Assembly (NCBI GenBank): GCA_002256025.1
Contig: NKIB01009726.1
Location: forward strand, 1 to 64,000
Reading direction: 5' to 3'
DNA: 64,000 nt
DNA from: Asterionella formosa
Lineage: Eukaryota
Part shown: positions 38,570-51,265 of the stretch, in pieces
Numbering within the stretch: position 1 is the stretch's first letter
Layout of the letters: the number at the start of each line of letters is the position of its first letter
Made by a program: the position numbers and the translations under genes
The notes under the pieces: generated by a model
Told to the model about the DNA's origin: nothing
Seen by the model: the letters and a program-made list of their open reading frames with translations, nothing else
The model's database searches: none

Positions 38570-39170
38570 TTAGGCTGAACCTCACCGTGCCCGAAATACG
38601 AAGATCGAATGTTGCGAAGCTATCGCGGCAAAATATTCGATCTTCGTATTCGGGAAATTTTATGGCCACCTCACGGTCCCGAGGAGAAAATAGTACGTCA
38701 ATCCATACGTCATATGACCCCGATCTCGTGAATTGAAATTATTTCCTAAATGAAAATTGGGACCATATACTCCAGTGTGCTGGACTCCCCTACCGGTATG
38801 GATGCTAGACCCCCCTGTGCATTTTTCTCGAGGTGAAACCAAAGACCCAATAATATTCTTGTCATGGACAATTTAACGTGAAGAACTCTCTCATTTTTGT
38901 TCACATCACGGAAAATGAAAAAAGTTGTAATATATTTAATAAATCTTACACACAGGCCCCCCCCTCTGACGGTGCCCGAATGCATTACGAAGGTTGAGTC
39001 GGCCGGATACCTATTGGGCGTTTAATCTTCGTATTTGGGTCCCATAATGGCTAAATAACTCGCAAATCCTCCCCCTGATTACGAAGATTTATCTTCGTTC
39101 GCCCGAATATTTCGGGGTCATCTCCGGGAGTTCCTGGAAAGTCCGAATATTGCGAATATTTGTCCGAACA
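38570..39170. repeat. Element built of nested palindromic TACGAAGAT/ATCTTCGTA and GTGCCCGA motifs
   Basis: CCCGAAATACGAAGATCGAAT (about 38590-38610) is inverted to ATTCGATCTTCGTATTCGGG (about 38635-38654). Similar motifs recur near 38970-39040 and 39078-39120. Confidence 0.6.
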
Positions 39171-39605
39171 TGCCGACCTGATATGGATGGTACCTGGTAC
39201 CATACCTGGTGCTCGTAGTACCAGGTACGAGGACCTACCAGGTACCTGGTAGTTACTGCCTGGTTTACCTGGTACCTGGTACCAGGTACTGGTCCTCCGA
39301 GTATCACAGCATCGTTGCAATGGTCATATTCTCATATGTACTCCTACATATCACGTTTGTTAGTACAGGTAGATACGTCGAAACGGAATGTACGTTTTGT
39401 CCGTCATCATCAATATATTATACGAGGATAGGCACGAGCGATGATCCTTCGGTACCTGGTACCGATACCTCGTACTTGTACCATATACCGGTATGTAATA
39501 TACATGGTCATTTTTGATGAATGCATGAAAAACAGGCAGATATTCGCACTCTAGGAACTTCCACATTCGCCTACAAGTGAATCGTTTTGTTTGTTTTAAC
39601 ATGAC

Positions 39606-41432
39606 ATGATACACGCACTCTCTGAGAATAGAGGGATGGAGAAGGTGGCGGAACAGGTTTTCAGAAAAGGAGATATAGTCTCGACACTTCAACCGTGGAG
39701 CATCATTGTCTTCCATGAGCCACTGCCTTTTCCCGGAGATTTCATCAATAATCTTCCCCGATATGAAGAAATCGGCCCGTTTTATAGGGCTGCATCGTTT
39801 CAAGGGCTTTTGAAGTCCTTCGTTGCACGGATGTTGCGGAATGCTACCCATTGTGCATTCGCGGTCGTAGCAGCCATGGACGTCGCACTCGAGGAAAAGG
39901 TTCAGGCAAATGGAGTGAGTGGCGATGGAGACTTTGCGGAGTGCGAACTCGAGGAAGAGGAACAAGAGATGATATCAGAAGGGTGGACACTGCTTCAAAA
40001 TCACATTACATGGCGGAAATGGGTAGACCTGTATCGTGTCGTCAAAGCATGCCTTGTGGTAGTGAGCACACCTCACCCTCTCGCTCAATATTGTAACAAA
40101 ATCCTACCATTACTTCCACATGATTCACTGCTTCAATGTAGATCTATTCTGAAGGAGCCCTTGGAATTAAAGTCATGTGATCCTGAGAATGCATTTCTAG
40201 CCCTTTGTCAGGACATCGAGAACATCTGTAAGCCTGTTTATGTTGGCTTCCTAATATTTGATCCTTTCAAAGAGATGGCAAGATACCCAAAGCATTCATG
40301 CATCCCTTGTACTGGACCAGAGTTGATTCATGCGACCTTGAACCTAGTTGCAACATTTGACTTTGGTGTTGACGAGGAGGTCACAATGGCATATGTCGAT
40401 ACATCACTCCCACACGCAGATAGATGTACAGACTTGAAAAATCGATTTGGCACATCCTTTCAGTGCCCTTGCGTCCGATGCAAATCAGACGTGGAAGACA
40501 TAAAAGACTTTTCTTTTAGAGATCTAACAAGAATAGGGCACCAGGCCTTCCAGCAGAATCACTTTGAGCGTGCGCTCGAATTTTACAATTTTGCCCTACA
40601 GGTAGATATGCTGCAAAGTGGGGATATTTTGCATGCAATAGGAGCCATCTATCTGGCGCAAAACAAGTTTCTCAAGGCACAACGGCACTGGAGAAATTGT
40701 GTGACCGAAAGCGACCTCGCTGCATTTCATAAGCATCCTGGCATACAATTACAACTGACAAAACTTCAGGCTTTTCGGTACTTTGACCAACGACAAGAAG
40801 CAAATGCACCCAAAGTGAAGTACACTTCAATGTTTGGTGGTCAATGCTTTGTGACGGAAGGCCCTGTGGCCACAAGTCAAGCATGTGCTGACTTGATCGC
40901 GTGGGTAGAGTCGGCACAAGATTGGACAACGAGTCGACACTACGCAGTCCCGACTAATGACATCCCAGTCCACCAAGTTCCCAGGCTATTAACTTGGTTC
41001 AATCAGTGGATGGAAGAAACAATTTACCCTTTGCTTGGACTCCAATTTGACCTCAACCCTAACGACTTCTTTGTTCACGACGCGTTTGTAGTTCGGTATC
41101 AGGGTCAACAGTCAAACAATTATTTGCCAATCCACGTGGACGAGTCAACACACAGTTTTGTGTTGGCCTTGAACGATGAATTTTCTGGGGGCGGTACATA
41201 CTTTGTGGACTACAACATTGCTATAGTGCCGAAACAACCAGGAACTCTTGTCAGCTTCCGAGGCGATTCTATTCGACATGGTGGAAACGTGGTAACCAAG
41301 GGTGTGCGCTACATCTTGGCTGTATTTCTATACCACGACACCTCTAATAAAAAGAGGACACTAGCCAATGTCTCCTCGACGCTCAATGACGCGAAACGGC
41401 AGTCTAGTTTTGCCTTTCGATTTGACCTGTAG
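39606..41432 (+). CDS. SET-like + TPR + 2OG-Fe(II) oxygenase multidomain protein
   Basis: KHSCIP, EEVTMAYVD and FQCPCVRC (SET/post-SET); TPR helices; PIHVDES...GGGTYF...HGG..V.KGVRYIL (prolyl/lysyl hydroxylase-like). Confidence 0.85.
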   Translation: MIHALSENRGMEKVAEQVFRKGDIVSTLQPWSIIVFHEPLPFPGDFINNLPRYEEIGPFYRAASFQGLLKSFVARMLRNATHCAFAVVAAMDVALEEKVQANGVSGDGDFAECELEEEEQEMISEGWTLLQNHITWRKWVDLYRVVKACLVVVSTPHPLAQYCNKILPLLPHDSLLQCRSILKEPLELKSCDPENAFLALCQDIENICKPVYVGFLIFDPFKEMARYPKHSCIPCTGPELIHATLNLVATFDFGVDEEVTMAYVDTSLPHADRCTDLKNRFGTSFQCPCVRCKSDVEDIKDFSFRDLTRIGHQAFQQNHFERALEFYNFALQVDMLQSGDILHAIGAIYLAQNKFLKAQRHWRNCVTESDLAAFHKHPGIQLQLTKLQAFRYFDQRQEANAPKVKYTSMFGGQCFVTEGPVATSQACADLIAWVESAQDWTTSRHYAVPTNDIPVHQVPRLLTWFNQWMEETIYPLLGLQFDLNPNDFFVHDAFVVRYQGQQSNNYLPIHVDESTHSFVLALNDEFSGGGTYFVDYNIAIVPKQPGTLVSFRGDSIRHGGNVVTKGVRYILAVFLYHDTSNKKRTLANVSSTLNDAKRQSSFAFRFDL

Positions 41433-41663
41433 GCTCAATTGCTTTGTTTGGCGAACATTTGAGCTTAAATGACGAATGTATTGTATCTCACAGAAGCTTA
41501 ATAACTATCCGATATAACTCTATGCTAGCTCCACCTCAAGCCTATGCTAGTTTGTGTGAAAAGAGCATGACATCAGCATCCCGAATAAATACCGAAATGA
41601 ATGCTAACCTGCTTGACTCTTCACTACAATACTCACAATTATGTGCAGTGCGTCGATGTCCCT

Positions 41664-41737
41664 ATTAGCTAAAGCAATCCAGTAGCTATCTAGTGGTACC
41701 CATTAGCTAAAGCAATCCAGTAGCTATCTAGTGGTAC
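41664..41737. repeat. 38-nt-period tandem duplication
   Basis: ATTAGCTAAAGCAATCCAGTAGCTATCTAGTGGTAC appears at 41664 and again at 41702. Confidence 0.9.
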
Positions 41738-42860
41738 TAATAAGCAGAAATATCTGTTCCTTGCCTTACGTCCTTGGTAGTAATTAGCAGCGGGAACCCT
41801 GGATTATAGTCCTGACGCGATTACAATACAGGGAGTTGTTCATTCCCACAAGGACGGTAATAACTTAGGTTATATAGCATGACTCAGCTGCCGTAAGCTT
41901 CTCGATTCCATGATGACCTCCCAGGAGAGGAATCGTTACCAGGTATCAGGTAGCATCGCCAACCTGTGCATCCAAGTATAATACCGGTACTATCCTCATG
42001 CCGGGAACGGTCTAGAAAATGACTGGTCCCTGACCCGCAATTATATTCAACCAGAGGGAGCACCTGGTACGTGGTACTGGTACCATAATACGCCTCCATA
42101 ATATTACATATCACGCATGCATAGCAACAAGCTCACAAATGGAGTATCGGTACACTACAATATGATACCGGTATGTACCGGAATATTTCATATTACAATT
42201 ACGCACAGTTGCTGTTGACGAAGTACCGGTACCTATCTAACGGACCGCCCGCCTATTTTTGTTTCTTGATTGCTGCCTGCTTTGTTATCAAATATCATAT
42301 ACATATATTAATACATCAATTGTGAATTATTTGGATTATTCATACAGTAGCGACCGTTGAGATTGATTTCTTACGTAACTTCACTTACCTACCAGTAATT
42401 ATCGTGGTTGGACAGCATTGTGCCTGCAGTTCTAATTCCCCAGTACATAGTAAACTGTTGAAAGTGTCAATTTCGATAATCAATCATGAATATATATATA
42501 ACTTTTTCACTATTGATATATGAATATCACATGACCAGTATACATTTTCTTTTCATACACATATCTGTATATCGCTCAGCGCCTGTGGTTTTATTCCGCC
42601 TGCGATTTTGTTTGTTACTTCTCTCCTCTGTGATGGCTGGTCTGTTTTCATCGATTGACAAAACACCCCTTTAAAACACATGCGCAGTATTTTCCTTTCA
42701 TTAGATGGATCAATTCATGTTTGTGCGACATTAACCACTTTTATATTTTTTCCAACGATCGGTCCAAGTCCAAACGGAAAATCGCTACATATTGAGGAAG
42801 CACAAGAAAACTTCTCAGCCATCGACTCAGTCGGAGCGGATCGTTTTACTAAACATATCA

Positions 42861-44952
42861 ATGAAATACACCGGCATTAGAAACCCGAGAGGCAGCGATG
42901 CGGTAGAATCTGAGTCGGTGACCTCGAGAGAGGTCAGCATCAACGAAGGCCGACCTTTAACGACAGACTACGATGACGCACTGGAAGAACAACGATTACA
43001 AGCTCTCTCAAATGACACAGAAAAGGACTCCTTACCAGAGGAGTCACCAAGTTTCTGCGATAGAATGCTGCCCAAGACAAGGGCAGGTAGACTAACTTTG
43101 ACCGTTATCTCCATTCTGATTGTGGTTGCAATATGTATCATCGCGGTGTTCCTGACCTTTGGCAACAGTAACAGCAACTCTGCTTCCGGTACTTCCACAG
43201 GCCCTGATTATACGCTAATACCGACTTCTACTCCGATTCTCATTCCTACATCGCCTCCTACTCGGGGGTCCGATTCGTTAAGTCCAACATCCAATGACGA
43301 CAGTAAGTATCTAAAACGTTACGTGGTAATTTATTGTTATCTTTTTACTGACCTTATTCATACACGAAGGAACATCTCCCATCGCTCGCACTCCTTCTTC
43401 CTCCATATCAACAACCTCACCAACCACCTTGTTGATTCCTACCAGCTTCCCTACTAGCATCGGAACACAATCGCCAACTGCACAAGACCGAGACTTCCGT
43501 TATCGCGCTGTCGCAAACAAGCTAATCAAGGAAGGAATCAGTAATACTGATGACCTCTATCCAACTGATGGCACCCCCACCCCGCAAACAGACGCGTTGT
43601 CGTGGCTTCTCGACGATGACCCGCTGAAGCTACTTGCAAATGGCGCCGCCACACCTGTTGCACGGTTTGTTCAGCGATATATTGTGATGACAATCTTTTT
43701 CAGCACAGGCGGTCCCGGATGGACTAAAGTCGACAACTGGCTGACTGGTTCTGATGAATGCGAATGGTACGGATTAGAATGTTCGAACGTCACTATTCCA
43801 AATGTTCCTATAATCGCCGAAAACACGACTCTTGCGGATTCAAGTAATGTCGAGTCACATGCCGTGATCTCGCTTCAGTTACAGAAGAACAACCTTGTGG
43901 GCAGTTTGCCTTCGGAGATTGGGTTCCTTCTTGAATGTACCATCATTGGACTCTATGGCAATTTGTTGGTTGGAAAACTACCCACCACTGTCAGCAACAT
44001 TGACCCTCTCGAAAAATTATGGTTGGACAACAATAAATTTGTTGGGAATATTCCTACGGAGTATGGGATGTTTGCTAACCTGAACGACTTAAGCGTCTAT
44101 GCTAACAAGCTTTCTGGTTCCATCCCTAGTGAGATTGGGGGTTTGACCCGGTTGGAACGCTTCTGGGCAAGTGGCATGTTACTGACAGGCCATCTCCCGA
44201 CCCAACTCGGGAACTGTCACTCCTTGATGAATCTCTACTTGGACGCAAACCAGCTGTCTGGAAGTATGCCATCTGAACTGGGTCAGTTGACAGATATGCG
44301 TGACATGCGCTTCTTCCGCAACCAGATGACCGGCAAATTTCCTTCTGAAATTTTTTCTCTGCAGAACCTCAGGATTGCCTACTTTGATACGAATTCCTTT
44401 GATGGTAAACTCCCTCAATCTATTGGTAACCTGACCTCTATTGAAGATTTCCAAGCGTTTGCAAACCGGCTCACAGGAGAGATTCCTGTGGAAGTTGGGC
44501 AGTTGACAAGTCTAACAGTCTTGAGATTAGAAGACAACGATCTAACTGGATCCATTCCAAGTCTCTTGGGGAGTCACGGGCGTTTGCTTCGGCTGACATT
44601 GAGTGGAAATAGGCTGGGCGGAACCATCCCTGACAGCCTTCGACAAAGCACGGCCCTGCGACGACTCCAAATTGACCGGAACAACTTTGTTGGAACCCTG
44701 CCAACTTGGCTTGGTTCACTGACTGCACTTTCAACAATCAATATCCAAGGGAATCGATTTCAAGGTACAATTCCTGAAGCACTAGGTAGTCTATCGATGC
44801 TTGAGGAATTGTCGCTGGAATCCAATGATCTTACTGGGGTTGTTCCTTCGTCAGTGTGTGACTTTGGCGGGTTGTTAACTTTATCTGCTGACTGTGCCGG
44901 CTCGCCTCCAGAAGTGACATGTGATTGCTGCACTTCTTGTGCCCGGCGATAA
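42861..44952 (+). CDS. Type II membrane receptor-like LRR protein; intron 43303-43369; 5' end uncertain
   Basis: N-terminal TM helix (VISILIVVAICIIAVFL), S/T/P linker, QRYIV..FFST.G..W and ECEWYGLEC cap, plant-type LxxNxLxGxIP repeats, C-terminal ADC..CDCCTSC. Confidence 0.88.
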
Positions 44953-47444
44953 GGGAATTGGGCTTAGTAAAGAGTTTGTCTAGGACAACACTCATATTTC
45001 GTTTACAGGAGGGATTAAAACAATTGTTTACTACATATTATATAGAAGCATTATCCATATACTACATGCAGTGTGTTGATTGTGAGGGAAGGAATAAAAG
45101 TCATCGATTAAGATCCATGCAAGCTACTTCTGTAAAAACTGTGAGCCAACATTTTGAAGATTTTGAATTGAGAGCCAACATTAATATCCAAGGATCAGTG
45201 ATGGTGAGACTACCAGTTTCGGAAGAAAATAAATCCCAGGTAGTGGAGAGCCAGCTGGGTTCAATGTATGTGGAGATAGTGGAGAAGTGGTAGGATAAGG
45301 GGGATTGGGGAAACCTAAATGTGTGTAGTTGAAAAGTATCAAGGGTGATGCAGAGAAGAATGCCAACATCATCGACAGCACAAAGGCGTCAACGAATATT
45401 GGAGATGGCAGGTACCCTGTTTAACCATGAGGTCTGGAAGATTAAATGTACTATTAAGAGCAGGACCAAAGATGATTTCCTGGAAAGTGGTTTGTGCCAT
45501 GCCCATTTTGACTAGAAATATGCCAATATAACCTTTCTTGAGGGAGATGCATTGTGGATGGGTGAAGGAACTAATGGAGAAAGGATATTCGATTGTGGGA
45601 CTTGTCCACATAGCCATCACCATATATATAGAGAGAAAAAACAGATTATATTTCCATTGGAAGATTAGTTATATCTATATAGAGAGCAGATTATATTTCC
45701 ATTGGAAGATTAGTTTAGTGTCCAAGCAATATACTATTTTATCATACACAAATATGGCAATGATATCATTTTGCATGCTCCTTCATGTAAATGGAAAATG
45801 TCATCTGCAAACTCCTGGTGTGCCTAGTACCTGAAAGAGTGCAACTGAGATATTTTCATGAAATCATCACAATCCCCCATGAAGTGCATGTGTTGAAACA
45901 AGGAGGACTACTAGTACCAGAAAGATGAGAACTTTAAGTGATGCACATGCGAAGTCAGAGCAACTTCTTCTTGTAGAATAATGAAATGGTGTAATAGTAG
46001 TACAGTACCTGGTACAGTAATCCTCCTAGCTAGTATCAATAAAAGAAATAATTTTTTGTGTGTGGTTACAATCAAGTAAAATCAACCATGGTTTAGGGGT
46101 AAAAAAGCATCATGTATGGATTAAAAATATGTACTGGAAATGGGTGACATAAACGGCATTGATCTTCATAACTACCGGGTAGTATCAATGGCTATTGTGA
46201 GTCACAAGAATTGTGGACTCAATTTTAGTCCAATGAATCAATTGGAGCATTCTTCCCATGTCAAGAAACTTGCTAACGATATTGATGTTTAAGTTCAATC
46301 AGAAGAAGGTTTGCATCAGCAAAAAGGGGTCATGAAGAACAGTTTCTCAAAATGTGATAAATGGGATTGAAACCAGGTTTTTAGTTTAAGCTTATTAATT
46401 TAAGAAACAGTGAGAATTGACAGACAAAGGTCAGAAGCGAAAAGTAGCAAGCAACAATAGGTATACGAACTCGTACTTGCAAGTGGGAAGGAGTAATTAG
46501 CTTTTAAATACGGTACCTTATTTATAGTAGACTGGGAGTACAATTTCTGAAATAATACATACATTCTTCATTTATACCTATTTATATGTCATCAATTGCA
46601 TGGCAATTAAGTTAAATATAATTTATTGATCTTTTGTCCAATACCAGAGTCATACATACGTGTATATCTTAATTAAGCATCAACAAAACGGTAAAACATA
46701 TACACTGGTACTTAATACATGTGTATATGATGACGGCGACTCAATTTAGCGAGTACAGCCCGGTATGATTACGATGAAATTAATGCAAAATACAGCCATC
46801 GGAAGCATGTATTTACATTTGTTGGGAAAACGAAGGAGAGAGATATCTTTCGACAATTATAGGGTACCGGTACCCTGGTGCCAGTAGCAACTCAAAAATT
46901 GGTCACTACGTTGAAAACACTTGTTAGTTTTGATGTATGTATGTGTTGAGAAATATGAACATATATGGATGCGAAGAGAGATATAATAACCAGTCTTGCG
47001 AAGTTCCTCTATTCTCATAATAGTTCATAATTTCAAAGTCTATTTTCCTTTATTTAATCATTGTGACACTAATTTTACATAGACTACGTATTTGTTCATG
47101 TACATATATATAAATATTATTGTGGCTATGTCTTTGCTTGTCAAGAAAGACCCATTTTGCTTCCAGAAGGCAGTGCTGCGTATAAATATTGCTATATCTC
47201 CATTACATGTATGTATGGTGTCACGAATCATTCGGCTCCACATCATGTATACCACTAGCAAATCAGGACGGAAAGATTATTATTTTGGCACTAGAGGGTA
47301 TATCGCAATTCACCAAGAAGCATAACCCTTGTTCACCAATAAATACTGCAGGTCGGCCAGCGACTCCAGGTCGAAAAGTCGATATCGTTAACACAGACCG
47401 GCATTGATTACGCGAAGACATCACATCGAAAGCAGGAGGGAAAA

Positions 47445-50400
47445 ATGAAAGTTGTTGTTCCTACTTTGCTTTTTCTCGGCTTATTGGTAACTGTAAGCGG
47501 CAGCGCTGATATCGTTTCGAATTCCGAAACTAAAAAGGAGGAATTCAAATCCTTTTGGGAACCATTGGCCAGATTCCTATCCTCGGGCCTAACTCCACAG
47601 GCAACCGAGGAAGCCATAGTCACACGCGGCCATCGCCAAGGTCCCTTCGAGCACAATGTCACCAACATTTTCGAGCGCCCCACGACTGACGCTCCATCCG
47701 TTATGAGTGCTACTCCAGTGTCTGCAGCCCCATTTAGTTCAGCTCCAGTGTCTATAGCCCCATTTAGTTCAACTCCAGTGTCTGTAACCCCATTTAGTAC
47801 AACTCCAGTCAGTACATCTCTGTCTCCAGTCAGCACATCTCTGTCTCCAGTCGGCACATCTCCGGCTCCTTTTGATGGTGGAGGTGAGACAAGTGGGGCT
47901 CCAGTGAGTTCACCTGCTGTTATAGCCCCTTCTCCATCTGGAACGACGGGTGCTCCTACCCCTGGAGCAAATTTGACCGTGCTAACATTTCTGGAATCTA
48001 CTCTAACCGACGATGGCACAATCACGCAACCAGGGACTCCACAGAACAAAGCATACATGCAACTTCAAGCCAACAATCCTGACCTGAACCCAAACGATCC
48101 TGCTGACCAAGTCGATATCACACAGATATATGTTTTGAATACATTTTACTACTCGCTCAATTTGAATGTTCTAGAAAAGTGGACAATGGAAGAACTTTGG
48201 ACCACCGCTGCTCCAATATGTGGCAGTGGTAACACCAACTGGTATGGTGTAAGTTGCGATTCAACTGGGATAGTAACCGGCCTCAACTTGACCAGCAACA
48301 ACATGAATGGTACTCTTCCATCAGAATTGCAAGGATTGACTGCACTGAGTAAGTACTTCATGTATACATAATTGTATCCGGCGAACTAGTTCCTGACATG
48401 TCGCTCCGCATTCGCTCTACAGCATCCATCGATATCTTCGAGAATTTTGTCGAACAGAATATCCCGTCCACTCTAGGGAAGTTGATAGCTTTGGAAACAA
48501 TCAATTTTGGAAGCAACTACATTTCTGGAATTGTTCCTCAGGATCTGCAAAATCTACAAAATTTGGTTGTTTTGAACTTGAGCAGAAATTTTTTAATTGG
48601 AACATTGCCTGTCTTTTCGACGCCGTTGTTGAAATTAGAGAAATTTGACATGGAGATCAATTCATTCACAGGTGAAATTCCCACAAATATAGGACTGTAT
48701 TCATCGCTTCGATTCCTTCGTTTGTCTGCTAACAATGAACTCGCCAGTCAGATACCAACGGAGATCGGGTTGATCACAGCTCTGGAGGAATTTACTGTAG
48801 CTAGAACGTCTATCAATGGTACTATCCCTGCTCAGCTTGGACTTCTCACAGATCTAAGTAAGTGACTCATATGGAATGCTTCTCAGTACAAAACTGGTCA
48901 TTCATGCAGACAGTCAAGTCATCATAATTCTCACTCACAACTCATCATTGCAGGCACGCTGTGGCTTTTTGGGACTCTACTTAGTGGTACCCTTCCTACT
49001 GAACTTGCCAGACTAACCAAGTTGAAGCAATTAGTTGCATTTGAAACAGGTTTGAGTGGGCAGCTCCCTGACATCTTTTTGTCCCTTTTATCCTTGGAAC
49101 GACTACAGGTTGCAAGTTCACAGTTCACTGGTACCCTTCCCCCTTCTTTGTTTAAGGCTCCTTTGCTGCAATTGATCAGCGCCGAGGCGAACGCAATTAG
49201 TGGGAAATTACCAGTCGATGTCACTTTACCAGCAATTCGTAAGTTTTCCCTTCTCCTGATGGAGCTCGCCGGGGCAACTATGATATTACACTAACAACGC
49301 CTTCCTTCAATAAAAGAGTTCATTCGCCTTGGCTATCAATATCCTGCTCTCTCAGGTACAATTCCGGATTCTTGGGGGACATTGACAACTCTTGGTGAGT
49401 TCCCAGCGCCATTCTATTTTTCAACTTCCTATACTCTTCCAACAACTAATCGATTTAAACTCTTTTTCCTTCAGCTGAACTTGATCTTGAATTCAATGAC
49501 TTGACCGGTACGATTCCTTCGGTATTAGGCAAGCTCACCGCTCTCTCAGTTCTAAACTTGCCTTTGAACCTATTCACTGGGGAGATTCCAAGCGAGCTAG
49601 GAATGCTGGTCAATCTTTTCGATTTGAACTTATTCCGGAATTCCATTACTGGGACTGTACCTTCGACAATTGTTCAAATGACCTCGTTGAGAGCATTCGA
49701 TATTAGCTCGCAGGTCTTCGATTATAACACGGTTCCCACAAAAATCTTGTCTGGTTCGTTTCCTGGAGACTGGTCCAAATGCACAGCCTTAGAAATTTTC
49801 AATATTGAAGAGAACTTCTTCGGGGGAGTGCCTCCATTCTCATTCAATTCACCGAATTTAAGTACGTCTAGGTTACTTGATGGTAAAGCTATGTATTGTA
49901 TCTCGTACTCACATTGCTTTTTTACTTGGGAAAAAAGCCGAATATCGCATTGCATTAAACTATTTTTCTGGAACTGTGCCAGATGAGCTATGGTCTCTCA
50001 CAACACTTAAAAACATGAGCTTGACAGACAATTTCTTCAACGGTACACTTTCCACACTGATCGGAGGCCTGACAGATTTAACCTATCTTGGTCTAGGCAT
50101 CAATGAATTCACTGGTACTATTCCTCAAGATTTGGGTTTTTTGGTTGATTTAGTGAATCTTGACTTGAGCACATCATTTTTCTCTGGATCAATCCCCATT
50201 GTATTTGGTTTTTTAACGTCATTGGAGAATCTGTTTCTTAACGACAATGCTCTCACGGGAACAATTTTAGATTTTGGTATTTTGCCAAACCTTCGTCGGC
50301 TCGGCCTGCAAGACAATAAGTTGAAGGGATCAATTCCTACAGGGCTTTTCAAACTATTATTCCTTTCGGATCTCTTATTGAATAATAACACATTGACAGG

Positions 50401-50668
50401 ACCGATTCCGAAGGAGATCGGACAGTTGATCAATTTGGAATATTTCCAGGCAAGTAATAATACATTCACTGGACAAATCCCACCTGAACTTGGGAATCCT
50501 GGAAAATTGACATCAATCGACCTGGGCTTGAATTCACTGACAGGATCTGTACCCATTGAAGTTTGCCGACTTACTGACAATACAACCGGTCAATTGAATG
50601 AGCTTGTAGTCGACTGTGCTGGCACTCCACCAAAAGTATTGTGTGATTGTTGTACCAAATGTACTTGA
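47445..50668 (+). CDS. Secreted mucin-like + plant-type LRR protein; exons 47445-48348, 48423-48857, 48954-49238, 49317-49394, 49475-49861, 49938-50668
   Basis: Signal peptide, S/T/P repeats, WYGVSC cap, LxxNxxxGxIP repeats, and a VDC...CDCCTKC end. Five GT-AG introns restore one continuous frame. Confidence 0.88.
47712..47870 (+). repeat. Coding minisatellite (30-nt x3, then 21-nt x2-3) encoding TPVSxxPFSS / SPVSTSL
   Basis: CTCCAGTGTCT..A.CCCCATTTAGT.CA and CTCCAGTC...ACATCTC units read directly. Confidence 0.85.
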
Positions 50669-51265
50669 ACAAATGTCGCATAAATTAATTTGGGGGTCTC
50701 TGGGATAAGTTTCTTGTAGTGAACTTTTACATAACTTGCGATTATACATTTTTACGTCGTTTGAACTAATCTCGATTGATTAGAGGTGATTTACTGCACA
50801 GTTCTCTCTCCAGACGTATGTAGACATAATCGTGTGCTGTTCAATTCTAGTCAAAACAATGCACGCGGTACTCTTTATGATCAACTGATGACAAGATTTA
50901 AGATTTATATTCCGTTGAGTCATCATCTGAGTAATATATGTGCCACCAGGGTGATTGTGCCACTCGGCAGAACAATGAAAGAAGTATTTCGACATTTGTC
51001 AACTGGGTTTTTTCATAGTGCTGAGACAGTATGTTGGAATCACAAGAAATGGACTGATTTAATTATACTGGATAGTTGTCTATCGAACTCTTGTGTCGCA
51101 CCAGCTGAGGTTAAGATGTATCAAATTAGGCAAGGGAGAGCAGTTAATCCTTTGCTGCTTTATTTGAAGACGAGCAAACAGCTCTTCTAGTTTTAATTTT
51201 GTATGCAATTAGACAATGGTCTCGTAAATATTGCACATATACAATGGACCTGTCAATTTTTTCCT

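Noticed and set aside
47408..48058. 216-aa antisense ORF (also 52365-52937, 39360-39965, 16999-17502)
   Set aside because: Shadow frames of well-supported genes on the opposite strand.
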